The notes: generated by a model not told the origin, from the sequence alone. DNA of 64,000 bases from Dehalococcoidia bacterium (GCA_963667465.2 CAXXDN010000002.1:320001-384000), one strand, 5' to 3'. Positions 36,183-46,561 are shown, counted from the first letter of the stretch. Numbers and translations: made by a program.

Positions 36183-37610
36183 ATGGCCGTCGACCGCGAT
36201 CGCCTGCACCGTACGCTCACCCCGCGCACCGTCGCCGTCGTCGGCGCGAAGGGGCCGGACTTCGGCTGGATCGAGAACCAGCGCGAGTTCCAGGGCCCCC
36301 TCTACTCCGTGCAGCTCGACCCCAACGAGATCGTCGAGATCGAGAAGCGCGGCTTCACCAACTACCTGAAGCTCGAAGACGTGCCCGAGGACATCGACCT
36401 CGTGATCTGCGCGGTGCCGCGCAACATCGCGCCGTTCATCCTCAGCGACGCGATCAAGAAGGGCGCCGCCGGGATCGCGATGTTCACCGCCGGCTTCGCC
36501 GAGACCGGCGAAGAGGACGCCATCAAGCTGCAGGAGGCGATTGTCGAGATGGCGAACGCCGACGGCATGCCGGTCATCGGCCCGAACTGCATGGGCGTGT
36601 ACAACCGCCGCCGCGGCGTCAAGTTCCACTCGGACGTCGACCAGGGCGACAGCGGCAACGTCTCGATCATCGGCCAGAGCGGGACGCACACGATCAACAT
36701 GACCACTGCCGCCCAGCGCGCCGGCATCGACGTCGGCCGCGGCATCTCGATCGGCAACGCCGTCGTGGTGAACGAGGCGGACTACCTCGAGTACCTGCGC
36801 GACGACCCCGACACCGAGGTGATCGGAATGTACCTCGAGGGGCTCAAGGACGGGCGGCGCTTCTTCGAGGCGCTGCGCGAGACCACGCGCAAGAAGCCGG
36901 TGGTCATCTGGAAGGGCGGGCAGACGAGCGCCGGACAGCGCGCGACGCGCTCGCACACGGCCTCGCTTGCGACCTCCTCGGCGACCTGGGACGCACTGAT
37001 CAAGCAGACCGGCGCGATCCCCGCCAACAACGGCGACGAGGTGATCGACGTGATCCAGGCACTGGTGCACTCGGCGCCGCCGCAGGGACGCCGGCTGGCG
37101 CTGATGGCGATGACCGGCGGGCAGTCGGTGGCGATCTCGGACGCCTTCGGTCGTGTCGGCCTCGAGGTGCCGGAGCTCGCGGACGACTCCTACGAGCAGC
37201 TGGGCGAGTTCTTCAACGTGATCGGCGGCTCCTACCGCAACCCGTTCGATATGGCGAATACGATCGGGCGGTCAGGCGACGCGGACAACCTGCGCCGCAT
37301 CATGGACATCCTCGCCGAGGATCCGAACATCGACGGCATGGTCTACGAGTTCACGGCGAACTTCTTTGCGCGCTTCTGGAAGGAAGAGCCGGGACTGTTC
37401 GACGAGATGATGCAAACCCTCGACGCCTTCCGCACGCGCACCGGCCTGCCGCTGGTGACGGTGATGCACCCCGGCCACAAGGACGAGGACGTGATCCCGC
37501 TGCGCGACGACGTGATCAGCCGCGGCTTCGCCGTCTACCAGTCCTTCGACCGTGCCGCCCTCGCCATCTCGCGCGTGGTGGCGTACCGGGAGTGGCTGGC
37601 CGCGCTGTAG
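36183..37610 (+). CDS. NDP-forming acyl-CoA synthetase, alpha (CoA-binding) subunit
   Basis: VAVVGA, AGFAETG, IGPNCMG, QSG, SHTASLA phospho-His motif. Confidence 0.9.
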   Translation: MAVDRDRLHRTLTPRTVAVVGAKGPDFGWIENQREFQGPLYSVQLDPNEIVEIEKRGFTNYLKLEDVPEDIDLVICAVPRNIAPFILSDAIKKGAAGIAMFTAGFAETGEEDAIKLQEAIVEMANADGMPVIGPNCMGVYNRRRGVKFHSDVDQGDSGNVSIIGQSGTHTINMTTAAQRAGIDVGRGISIGNAVVVNEADYLEYLRDDPDTEVIGMYLEGLKDGRRFFEALRETTRKKPVVIWKGGQTSAGQRATRSHTASLATSSATWDALIKQTGAIPANNGDEVIDVIQALVHSAPPQGRRLALMAMTGGQSVAISDAFGRVGLEVPELADDSYEQLGEFFNVIGGSYRNPFDMANTIGRSGDADNLRRIMDILAEDPNIDGMVYEFTANFFARFWKEEPGLFDEMMQTLDAFRTRTGLPLVTVMHPGHKDEDVIPLRDDVISRGFAVYQSFDRAALAISRVVAYREWLAAL

Positions 37611-37615
37611 GGGGG

Positions 37616-38299
37616 CTACACGGCTTCGGGAAGCGTCAACTGTTCCTGGGTTCCGATGCTCTGTCCCTCGCGGATTGACTGCAGCAACCGAGTCAATTGT
37701 GGCATCGTCGAGACCGCGATTCCGCCGCGCTGGATCAGTTCCGCGTTGCCTTCGGTCTCCGGCGGCTCTTGGCGTTGCACCACCAATAGGGGCTTGCGGC
37801 GCCTCAGGCACTCAAGCCCCGCTTCCCAGGTTCCGCCCGACTCGCCCGACTGCACCACCACAAGCGCAAGGGACAGATCGAGGATCGTCTTGTTCCGCTG
37901 CATCGCCTGCCAGACCTGCCAACGGGCCTCGGGCGGGAACTCACTCACTGCCGCATAGTTCCCCGGGCTCTCCCCGACGCTCAGGAGCCCTCGATAGCGT
38001 ACGCGCGGCTTCCAGCCCGCGAGGCCTTCTGCGAGCACCGAAATGACTGAGCCCCCCGCTCCGAGCGCGCCGAACTGTGCGGCGTCGTCGACACCACGAG
38101 CATTCCCAGACACCAGCACGAGTCCCAGCTTGGCGACCAAGCGACCGAACTTCTCCGCCAGATCAAGGGCGTGAGCATCAGCGTTGCGCGAGCCGCACAA
38201 CCCAATTGCAGGGCGACCGAGAAGAGTCCGGTCACCCTGAACGGCAACAGACGGGCGATCGGCTGTCGCCTCGGTCTCTGCAGTCATCACGGCCCTCAC
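37616..38299 (-). CDS. DprA/Smf (SLOG) Rossmann-domain protein, ShosA-like
   Basis: IGLCGSR, VSGNARGVD, SEFPP, MQRN, SGGT; lacks the SAM and winged-helix domains of competence DprA; GTG overlaps upstream TGA (alternative ATG 38287). Confidence 0.85.
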   Translation of the reverse strand: MRAVMTAETEATADRPSVAVQGDRTLLGRPAIGLCGSRNADAHALDLAEKFGRLVAKLGLVLVSGNARGVDDAAQFGALGAGGSVISVLAEGLAGWKPRVRYRGLLSVGESPGNYAAVSEFPPEARWQVWQAMQRNKTILDLSLALVVVQSGESGGTWEAGLECLRRRKPLLVVQRQEPPETEGNAELIQRGGIAVSTMPQLTRLLQSIREGQSIGTQEQLTLPEAV

Positions 38300-39126
38300 T
38301 CGAACCGGTACCTCCGGGTTCCGGTTCGATCTTTCGCAAGCGTAACGGATGCGGTCCGCTGAGCGCCCGCTTCCCGGAGTGCCCGATTCGCCTCGCGCAC
38401 AGTGCTGGCATGCGCCATGAAATCGTCGACAACAACGATCAATCGTTGGTCGCTGACTATCGACGCGCTCATCGTGTCCCTCTGGTTGGCGTCACGGTCG
38501 GCGCCGTTGGGGAGGTTCTTCTGAGGCTCTGCCGTGGTAGTCCGCCGGAGTTCAACAATAGGTACGCCGAGAGCGTCGGAAACCTCTGTCGTGGCTAGCG
38601 AGAGCAGGCGGCTCGTACTCCCAACGCGGGAACTCGGCATTGCCGCCACTCCCGTCAGTTGGGACAGCACTGGATGACTCTCGATGTACGACACCATCCG
38701 GCGGTGGCATTCCGAAACTGCGGCCCGGCTCTCGCGTCGCTGAGGACGGTACTTCGCATCGTGAACCAAGTCTCCTACGGCGGTGTACACCCACTCATCC
38801 TGCCGTTCGCCCTCTACGGGATGCCGGTAGAAGTCGAGGCACACGGAGATATCGCAGCCTGTGTCTATTGCCGTAACCACCGGATCGAGGTGGCTCTCGA
38901 GCAATGCGAGTGCGCCGACCCGTTTCTCGGTCGGTATCCGGTAACGGACTGAGTGCCCGCCGCTCAAGTCGCCGAAGGTCTCCGTCGCGCGCTGGATCCC
39001 TGGAGCGACCATCTCCAGCAGATCACCTATGTTTGTGTTCAGCGGGCCCAGCGAGTACGTCTCGACCCCCACCTTGTCGCCGGGCAACTCGCGGACGTCG
39101 ACAACCCTGTAGCAATTCACTCCCAT
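38296..39126 (-). CDS. ComF-like phosphoribosyltransferase, ShosT-like
   Basis: YTAVGDLVHDAKY, MPSS, PQKN, IVVVDD, LREAGA..SVTLAK. Confidence 0.75.
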   Translation of the reverse strand: MGVNCYRVVDVRELPGDKVGVETYSLGPLNTNIGDLLEMVAPGIQRATETFGDLSGGHSVRYRIPTEKRVGALALLESHLDPVVTAIDTGCDISVCLDFYRHPVEGERQDEWVYTAVGDLVHDAKYRPQRRESRAAVSECHRRMVSYIESHPVLSQLTGVAAMPSSRVGSTSRLLSLATTEVSDALGVPIVELRRTTTAEPQKNLPNGADRDANQRDTMSASIVSDQRLIVVVDDFMAHASTVREANRALREAGAQRTASVTLAKDRTGTRRYRFE

Positions 39127-39201
39127 CGCGCGAGACTACCTCGATACTAGTAAGAACACAAGTTCTAGGCCCTCCGCTTAGCAACGCGGTACCATCGCGC
39201 C

Positions 39202-40410
39202 ATGACCAACTCCGCGGACCCGCCCGATCGCCGCATCTACCTCGACGCGGCCGCATCCACGGCCGTGCGGCCGGAGGCGCTCGCGGTGATGCTGCCGCTC
39301 TTCTCGCAGCACTTCGGGAACCCGTCGGCGCATCACGCGGGCGGGCGCGCCTCGGCCGAGGCGCTGGCCGTTGCGCGCGAGACCGTCGCCGAGGTGCTCG
39401 GCGCGCGCGCCGAGGAGGTCGTCTTCACCTCGGGCGGGACGGAGAGCATCAACGCGGCGATCAAGGGCGTCGCCTTCGCGCAGCGTGACGCCGGGGCCGG
39501 CGCGCACGTCGTCACCAGCGCCGTCGAGCACCACGCCGTGCTGCACTCGATGCACTACCTCGAGCGCTTCGGCTTCGAGGTCGAGATCGTCCCTGTCGAC
39601 GAGCACGGCGTCGTGGACCCGGCGGCGATCGCTGCGGCGGTGCGCGACGACACCGTCCTGGTCTCCGTGATGTACGCCAACAACGAGGTTGGCACCGTCC
39701 AGCCGCTGCCCGCGATCGTCGAGGCGGTCCGGGAGCGCCAGCGCGCCAGCGGGCGGCCGATCCCCTTCCACACGGATGCCGTGCAGGCCGCCGCCTCGCT
39801 CCCGCTCCAGGTGGATGCGCTTGGGGTGGACCTGCTCTCGCTGTCGGGGCACAAGTTCGGCGGGCCGAAGGGCGTGGGAGTGCTCTACATCCGGCGAGGC
39901 ATACCGTTCCTGGAGCAAACCTCGGGCGGGGGTCAGGAGCGCCAGCGGCGCTCGGGGACGGAGAACGTGCCCGGCGCCGCCGGCTTCGCGACGGCGCTGC
40001 GGCTCGCCCAGGCCGAGCGCGAGCGCTTCGCCGAGCGCACCTCGGCGCTGCGCGACCGGCTGCGCGACGGCCTCGCCACGGCGCTGCCCGGCGCGCGGCT
40101 CAATGGCCACCCTACCCAGCGGCTGCCGCACAACCTCCACCTCTGCTTCGATGGCATCGAGGGCGAGTCGCTCGTCGGTGCGCTGGACGAGATTGGCGTG
40201 GAGTGCTCGGCGGGGGCGGCCTGCACCTCGGCGACGTGGGAGCCCTCGCACGTGCTGCTGGCGATGGGCGTGCCGCTGGAGCTGGCGATCGGCTCGGTGC
40301 GCCTGACGCTGTCGCCGGAACTCAGCGAGGCCGACATCGACTACGTCGCGGCACATTTGCCGGCGCTCGTCGCCGGGCTGCGCGAGGCGGGTGCGCCCGC
40401 GCTGCCGTAG
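39202..40410 (+). CDS. iscS: Cysteine desulfurase (IscS/NifS type)
   Basis: IYLDAAAST, FGNPS, FTSGGTES, HTDAVQ, SGHKFGGPKG, SAGAAC. Confidence 0.93.
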   Translation: MTNSADPPDRRIYLDAAASTAVRPEALAVMLPLFSQHFGNPSAHHAGGRASAEALAVARETVAEVLGARAEEVVFTSGGTESINAAIKGVAFAQRDAGAGAHVVTSAVEHHAVLHSMHYLERFGFEVEIVPVDEHGVVDPAAIAAAVRDDTVLVSVMYANNEVGTVQPLPAIVEAVRERQRASGRPIPFHTDAVQAAASLPLQVDALGVDLLSLSGHKFGGPKGVGVLYIRRGIPFLEQTSGGGQERQRRSGTENVPGAAGFATALRLAQAERERFAERTSALRDRLRDGLATALPGARLNGHPTQRLPHNLHLCFDGIEGESLVGALDEIGVECSAGAACTSATWEPSHVLLAMGVPLELAIGSVRLTLSPELSEADIDYVAAHLPALVAGLREAGAPALP

Positions 40411-40447
40411 CTGCGCGCGTGCCTCGAACGAGGGGGGCGCAGCAACT

Positions 40448-40503
40448 CTCGTCTCGCCAACCCTCGTCTCGCCAACCCTCGTCTCGCCGCCGCTCGTCTC
40501 ACC
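40448..40503. repeat. 15-bp tandem repeat (about 3.7 copies)
   Basis: CTCGTCTCGCCAACC x2, CTCGTCTCGCCGCCG, CTCGTCTCACC. Confidence 0.85.
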
Positions 40504-40592
40504 GGAAATGTGTATGCGCTTTACAACAGGCCTGTTGGCAAGTTATGGTTGCGTATGCACGTCAACAATTCCACGCCGACAGGAGGAGCTGC

Positions 40593-40808
40593 GTGCCCGA
40601 CTCCCCGTTCGACGACTATCTCGATCTCGTGGAGGCTGCTCGTGAGCTGGGGATCCATCCCCAGAGCCTGCGCAGGCTCATCAAGCAGAAGCGCGTCCCC
40701 GCGGTGCTCTTCGCCGGCAAGTACCTGATCGAGCGCGACAAGCTCGAGATGTTCAAGGCCAACTACGACCCGCGCCCCGGCCGCAAGCCGCTCCGTCGCC
40801 TGATCTAG
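40593..40808 (+). CDS. Small excisionase/BldC-like (HTH_17) DNA-binding protein
   Basis: AGGAGG RBS; YLDLVEAARELGIHPQSLRRLIK..RVPA..FAGKYLI. Confidence 0.85.
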   Translation: MPDSPFDDYLDLVEAARELGIHPQSLRRLIKQKRVPAVLFAGKYLIERDKLEMFKANYDPRPGRKPLRRLI

Positions 40809-40837
40809 GACGAGCCCAGGACGCCGGAGGCCCGAGC

Positions 40838-41530
40838 GTGACGCTGCCGCGGGACGCGGGTACGGACGAACCGCGCGGCCGCCTCTGGCTTGCCGACCTG
40901 CTCTGGCGCATCGGCTGCGTGCAGTTCGGCGACTTCTCGCTGGGGCGCACCGTCCGCAACTCGCCGATCTACATCAATCCCAAGCTGATCGTCTCTCAGC
41001 CCGAGGCGCTCGCACGCGTCGGGGCGTTGATCGACGAGGAGCTGCGGCTCGCGATGTCGATGCGCAACCCGCACGTGGAGCGTTTCGACGTGATCGCGGG
41101 CGTCCCAATCGGCGGGTTGCACATCGCGACCGCGCTCTCGCTGCAGATGCGCATGCCGCTCATCTACGCCCGTCCGCGCGCGGCCGGCGACGATCCCGGG
41201 CAGCGGCCGCAGATCGAGGGCAGCTACCGGCCCGGCCAGACCGCACTGATCGTCGACGACCTCGCGGCGGGCGGAGGATCGCTCGTCGAGGCGGTGGAGA
41301 GCCTGCGCCGCGCGGGCCTGCGGGTGCGCGACGCCGCGGTGCTCATCGACCGCGAGCAGGGCGCGACGCGGCGCCTCGAGGCGCTCGGCGTGCGGCTGCA
41401 CCCGACGCTCACGCTGGAGGTGCTGCTCACCTTCCTGCACGGCGAAGAGCGGATCGACCCGGACGACTACCGCGCCTCGATGGCCTACCTGCACCGCGAG
41501 GGCGAGCCGCGCTCCGAGTTCGACCAGTAG
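40838..41530 (+). CDS. pyrE: Orotate phosphoribosyltransferase-like protein
   Basis: QFGDF.L, SPIYIN, IAGVPIGG, IEG, LIVDDL, VLIDREQG. Confidence 0.75.
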   Translation: MTLPRDAGTDEPRGRLWLADLLWRIGCVQFGDFSLGRTVRNSPIYINPKLIVSQPEALARVGALIDEELRLAMSMRNPHVERFDVIAGVPIGGLHIATALSLQMRMPLIYARPRAAGDDPGQRPQIEGSYRPGQTALIVDDLAAGGGSLVEAVESLRRAGLRVRDAAVLIDREQGATRRLEALGVRLHPTLTLEVLLTFLHGEERIDPDDYRASMAYLHREGEPRSEFDQ

Positions 41531-41626
41531 CCTGCCTGGCCTGCTCCGCGGGCGTTCCGCGGTGGCTCTGCTACACTCGCGCAGGACACCGATTTCAGGC
41601 CTGACCCACGCCGAGAGGAACGACCG

Positions 41627-41962
41627 ATGGCCGTCAAGAACGAGCTGGAGCCCTTCACGCGCATCGACGTGCACGAGGCGAACGAGATGATCGAGCAGGG
41701 CGACGTGCAGGTGGTCGACACGCGCGAGCCGTACGAGCACGCCGAGGGCCACGTGCCCGGCTCCCTCAACATCCCGCACATGGCTACCCTGCCGCGCGTC
41801 GGGGAACTGGCGACCGACCGCCCCATTCTCTTCATCTGCAAGGCTGGCCAGCGCTCCGCCGTCGCCGCCGAGTTCGCCGCCACCATGGGCCTCACCGACC
41901 TCTACAACGTCGAGGGCGGGCACGACGAGTGGCGCGAGGCCGGCTACCCGATCGAGCTGTAG
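41627..41962 (+). CDS. Rhodanese-domain protein
   Basis: VDTREP.E..GHVPG, active loop CKAGQRS, NVEGG. Confidence 0.92.
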   Translation: MAVKNELEPFTRIDVHEANEMIEQGDVQVVDTREPYEHAEGHVPGSLNIPHMATLPRVGELATDRPILFICKAGQRSAVAAEFAATMGLTDLYNVEGGHDEWREAGYPIEL

Positions 41963-41987
41963 CGGCGAGCGCGCCGCGCGCACGCGG

Positions 41988-42698
41988 ATGACCGCCGACC
42001 CCGGCAGCCCCGAGGCCCGCTGCTACCTGCTGTTCGACATCGACGGCACGCTGATGGAGGCCGAGGGCGCGGGCCGCGCCGCCCTCGAACGCGCCTACGA
42101 CGAGGTGACCGGCGTCCCCGGCGCGCTGGACGGCGTGATCTTCGCCGGCCGCACCGACCACTGGATCGTCTCCGAGGTGGAGCGCACGAGCGGCGTGAGC
42201 ATCGACCGGGAGACGTTCGTGCCGCGCTACCTTGAAATCCTCGAGGAGGAGCTGGACGCGCGGAATCCGCGGGCGCTGCCGGGAGTCGCCGAGCTGCTGA
42301 AGCGGCTCGCGGCGCGCGCCGACGTGGTGCTCGGGCTCTGCACGGGCAACATGCGGGCGGGCGCCTTCGCCAAGCTGCGCAGCGCCGGCCTCGACGGCTA
42401 CTTCGCCACGGGCGGCTTTGGCGACCGCCACGAGGACCGCGTGGACGTGACGCGCGAGGCGGTGCAGGCACTCGGTTGGACGCGCGGTGCGCCGCTGGCG
42501 CACGTCGGCGACACCGAGCACGACATCCACGCCGCGCACGCCATCGGGGCGGCGGCGATCGGCGTCGCCACCGGCTGGCACAGCGCCGACCAGCTGCGCG
42601 AGGTGGACGCCGACCTGCTGCTGCAGGACCTCTCGGGCGGCGAGGCCACCGTGGCGGCGCTGCTTGCGGTGGCGCGCACCGCGGCCCCGGGCGCATGA
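41988..42698 (+). CDS. HAD-superfamily hydrolase
   Basis: LFDIDGTL, TGN, VGDT..D, GVATG. Confidence 0.9.
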   Translation: MTADPGSPEARCYLLFDIDGTLMEAEGAGRAALERAYDEVTGVPGALDGVIFAGRTDHWIVSEVERTSGVSIDRETFVPRYLEILEEELDARNPRALPGVAELLKRLAARADVVLGLCTGNMRAGAFAKLRSAGLDGYFATGGFGDRHEDRVDVTREAVQALGWTRGAPLAHVGDTEHDIHAAHAIGAAAIGVATGWHSADQLREVDADLLLQDLSGGEATVAALLAVARTAAPGA

Positions 42699-43920
42699 GC
42701 GTCAGCGGCGAGGTCACACACGACGTCGCCGTCATCGGCGCGGGCATTGTCGGCCTTGCGACGGCGAAGGCGCTGCTGGAGCGCTGGCCGCAACTGCGGG
42801 TCTGCGTGCTGGAGAAGGACGCGCGCGTCGCCGGCCAGCAGACCTCGCACAACAGCGGCGTGATCCACTCCGGCATCTACTACCGGCCGGGCTCGCTGAA
42901 GAGCGAGTTCTGCGTGCGCGGCCGGGACGCCCTCGTGCGCTTCTGCGAGGAGCACGCGATCCCCCACGAGCTCTGCGGCAAGCTGATCGTCGCCACGCGC
43001 GAGGAGGAGCTGCCGCGCCTCGAGACACTCGCGGAGCGGGCGACGGCGAACGGGGTCCGGGGGCACGAGCTCGTGGGGCCGGAGCGGGTGGCCGAGATCG
43101 AGCCGCACGTGCGCGCCCTGCGGGCGCTGTGGGTGCCCTCGACGGGCATCGTCGACTTCACGCTGCTCGCCGAGGCCTACGCGGGCATCGTCCGCGAGGC
43201 GGGCGGCGAACTGCTGCTCAACGCTCCCGTCGAGGCCTCGCATGTGGCCGGCGGGGTGCGCTACGTGCGGGCGGGCGAGGTGGAGCGCTCGGCGCGGCTG
43301 TTCGTGAACTGCGCAGGGCTGCACGCCGACCGCGTGGCGCGGCGGCTGGGGGCGAACACCCCGATGCGGATCGTGCCCTTCCGGGGCGAGTACTACACGC
43401 TGCGGCCGGAGCGGGCGGACCTCGTGCGCGGGTTGATCTACCCGTGCCGGACCCGGCGCTGCCCTTCCTCGGGGTGCACTTCACGCGCAACATGCGCGGC
43501 TACGTCGAGGCCGGCCCCAACGCCGTGCTGGCGAGCGCGCGCGAGGGCTACCGCAAGCGCGACGTGAACCTCGGCGATGTCTGGGAGATCGCGCGCTACG
43601 GGGGATTCTGGCGCGTCGCGCTGCGCGAGTGGCGGACGGGGCTCAAGGAGGTCCACCGCTCGCTGCGCAAGTCCGTCTTCGTGCGCGACCTGCAACGGCT
43701 GGTCCCGGAGGTTCGCAGCGAGGACCTCAGCACGGGCGGCTCCGGCGTGCGCGCGCAGGCCGTCGCGCCCGACGGCACGCTGCTCGACGACTTCCTGATC
43801 GAGCACACGGAGGCGGCGCTGCACGTGCTCAACGCGCCTTCCCCGGGGGCGACCTCCTCGCTGCTGATCGGCGAGCACATCGCCTCGATGGCCGGGGAGA
43901 TGCTCGGGCTGGCCGCCTGA
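42695..43920 (+). pseudogene. lhgO: L-2-hydroxyglutarate oxidase with a single-base frameshift near 43441-43444 (pseudogene or sequence error)
   Basis: One frame gives IGAGIVG, QTSHNSGVIHSG, PFRGEY, GLIYP; a second frame continues VPDPALPFLGVHFT...GVRAQ...NAPSPGATSS. Confidence 0.85.
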
Positions 43921-44023
43921 CGGCGCTGTGCTCCGGCGCGGCCGGGCAACCCGGTCGGGGACGCGGCACATTGCGCGCGTTGTAACCTAGCCCCCAGCGC
44001 CGGTGCAGCCGAAGGAGCACGAC

Positions 44024-46561
44024 ATGGCGACGCCTCTCATGCCCGACGGCGCTCCACCCCCGCTCGAGGGCGTGCGAGCGATCGAGGTTGCCTCGGGGCT
44101 GGCGGTCGCCTACTGCGGGCGGCTGCTGGCGCAGAGTGGCGTCGAGGTGGTCCGCATCGAGCCGCCCGGCGGCGACGCCATTCGCCGAGCCGGGCCGTTC
44201 AGGGATGACCGTTCGGACATCGACGGCGGCGGGCTGCACCGGCTGCTCAACGCGGGCAAGCGCAGCGTCGCGCTCGACCTCACGACGGCCGAGGGCGTCG
44301 AGGCGCTGGAGCCGCTGCTGCGCGGCAGCGCGCTGCTCATCGGGAGCTGGCGCACGCCCTCGGCGCTGCCGCTCGCCGAGCCGGAGCAGATGCGCGAGCG
44401 CTTCCCGGACACGACGTACCTCTCGATCAGCGAGTTCGGCGTCGACGGGCCATACGCCTCGCACCAGGCGGACAGCCATATCATCGAGGCGCTCGCCGGG
44501 AACTCCTACGTGAGTGGCGACCCCGATCGCGAGCCGCTCAGCTCCGGCGTCGAGCTTGCCGACTACTTCGGCGCGGTCGTCGGCTGGATCGGCGCGCTCG
44601 CGGCCATCGCGGAGGCGCGGGCCGGGGAGCGCCCCGGCTTCGTCGATGTCTCGACCCACGAGACGCTGACGATGACCGACGACCACAATCTGTCGGTCTA
44701 CCTCGGCACCGGCGGGGTGCGGCGCCGCTACTACTCGCGCATCCTGCCGGGCTACCCCTCGGACATCTTCGCCTGCAAGGACGGCCACATCGCCTTCGTC
44801 ACCGCCGGGCCCGGCGGGCGGGACTTCGCCGGCAACATCTCCAAGCTGGTCGAGCAGCCCGAGCTGGCGATGCACCCGCTCTTCACCAACGTGGCCGCGC
44901 GGCTGGTGCACTGGCGCGAGTTCGACGAGCTGGTCAAGCCGTGGTTCGAGTCGCACACCGCGCGCGAGATCTTCCTGCGCACCGGCGAGCTCGACCTGGG
45001 CTTCGGCGAGGTGGCGACCGTGCCCGACCTGCTCGACGACCCACACCTCGAGGCGCGCGGCTACTGGCGCGCCGAGATCGACGCGAACGGCGAGGCCACG
45101 GGCGGAGTGCTCCCCGGCCCGGCGGGGAGGTTCACGGAGAGCCCGTTGCTGATCGGCCCCGAAGCGCCCGCCCTCGGCGAGGCGAACGCGCTGCTATCCG
45201 AGGCGGCTGGGGCGGACGAGCCGGCCGTGCCGGCCTTCGCCACGCGGCACGAGGCGCCAAGCGGACGCCTGCGCTACTTCGAGGGCATCCGCGTGGTGGA
45301 CCTCTCGCGCGGCTGGACGGGATCGCTTGCCGGCCGGCTGCTCTCGGAGATCGGCGCCGACGTGGTGAAGGTCGAGTACGCGCGTCCGCCGCACTCCTCG
45401 ATCGGCCCCGCCTACTTCACGGCGCGACAGGCAAGCAAGCGATCGGCGGCGCTCAACCTGCGATCGCCCGAGGGCCGGGAGCTGATGCTGCGCCTGCTCG
45501 AGCGCGCGGATGTCTTCGTCGAGAACTTCCCACCGCGCGTCACACGCGGGCTGCACCTGACCTACCCGGAGATCGCGGACCGCTGCCCGCGCCTCGTGAT
45601 GTGCTCGATCGCCGGGTTCGGGCAGTCCGGCCCCAACGGCGAGCGATCGGCGGTGGGCATGACGATGGAGGCCGCCTCGGGGCCCGCCGCCGTCACGGGC
45701 TACCCCGGCGAGCCGCCGCTCAAGACCGGCCAGACCTGGGTCGACCCCTTCACCGGCCTCAACGGTGTCGGCGCGATCATCGCTGCGCTGATGCGCCGCG
45801 AGGTGACGGGGCGCGGCCAACGCATCGACGTTTCGATGCAGGAGTCGACGGTGCCGACGCTCGGGCCGCACCTCGCGGACTACCTGCTTAACGGTCGGCT
45901 GCACGGCGGCGCTGGCAACCGCCGTCCGGGCATGGTGCGCGGCGCCTACCCGTGCGCGGGCGAGGACGAATGGGTCGCGATCTCGCTGCGTAACTACCCC
46001 GAGTGGGAGGCGTTCTGCCGTGCGAGCGGGCATGACGCCTGGCTCTCCGACCACCGCTTCGCGAGCGCCGAGGCGCGCACGCGGCTCCACGACGAGATCG
46101 ACGCGCTGATCGCGGACTGGACGCGCGAGCGCTCGAAGTCGGAGGTTGCGGAGCTGCTACAGGCCGCCGGGGTCCCGGCCGCCGGGGTGCTGAAGGCGGA
46201 CGAGATCCTGCTCGACCCGCACCTCCGCGCCCGCGAGTTCTTCGACCCCGTCTATGTCGAGGATCTTGGCCCCGTACCGCTCCAGCGCTACTTCCCGGCG
46301 AAGTTCGACGGCCGAGGCTTCCCCACGCGCAATCCCGTGCCTCCCTTCGGCGAGCACACGGCCGAGGCCTTGATGGAGGTTGGCCTCACCGAGGCCGAGG
46401 CACGAGAGGCCGCGGGCTCGCAGGGTCTCGTTGCGCCCTCGGCGGGCTGGTGGGACCCGGACGTGGTCGCGGCCCGCGACGAGGAGTTCGCGGACTACGC
46501 CGGGCTCGGCTCGATCCTGCGCTTCGACGCGGACTTCCTCGAGCGGGTGCGCCTCGGGTAG
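44024..46561 (+). CDS. Family III CoA transferase, two fused domains
   Basis: Two CaiB units (PLEGVRAIE...NAGKRS and FEGIRVVDL...GADVVKVE...ENF); AAGGAG RBS. Confidence 0.9.
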   Translation: MATPLMPDGAPPPLEGVRAIEVASGLAVAYCGRLLAQSGVEVVRIEPPGGDAIRRAGPFRDDRSDIDGGGLHRLLNAGKRSVALDLTTAEGVEALEPLLRGSALLIGSWRTPSALPLAEPEQMRERFPDTTYLSISEFGVDGPYASHQADSHIIEALAGNSYVSGDPDREPLSSGVELADYFGAVVGWIGALAAIAEARAGERPGFVDVSTHETLTMTDDHNLSVYLGTGGVRRRYYSRILPGYPSDIFACKDGHIAFVTAGPGGRDFAGNISKLVEQPELAMHPLFTNVAARLVHWREFDELVKPWFESHTAREIFLRTGELDLGFGEVATVPDLLDDPHLEARGYWRAEIDANGEATGGVLPGPAGRFTESPLLIGPEAPALGEANALLSEAAGADEPAVPAFATRHEAPSGRLRYFEGIRVVDLSRGWTGSLAGRLLSEIGADVVKVEYARPPHSSIGPAYFTARQASKRSAALNLRSPEGRELMLRLLERADVFVENFPPRVTRGLHLTYPEIADRCPRLVMCSIAGFGQSGPNGERSAVGMTMEAASGPAAVTGYPGEPPLKTGQTWVDPFTGLNGVGAIIAALMRREVTGRGQRIDVSMQESTVPTLGPHLADYLLNGRLHGGAGNRRPGMVRGAYPCAGEDEWVAISLRNYPEWEAFCRASGHDAWLSDHRFASAEARTRLHDEIDALIADWTRERSKSEVAELLQAAGVPAAGVLKADEILLDPHLRAREFFDPVYVEDLGPVPLQRYFPAKFDGRGFPTRNPVPPFGEHTAEALMEVGLTEAEAREAAGSQGLVAPSAGWWDPDVVAARDEEFADYAGLGSILRFDADFLERVRLG

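Noticed and set aside
37616-39126. Competence locus (dprA/comF)
   Set aside because: DprA lacks accessory domains, the PRTase lacks the ComF zinc finger, composition looks foreign and no other com genes are present
40448-40503. Short repeats here, at 19381-19425 and at 51755-51820 as possible CRISPR arrays
   Set aside because: Units are 9-15 bp and directly abutting, with no unique spacers and no cas genes
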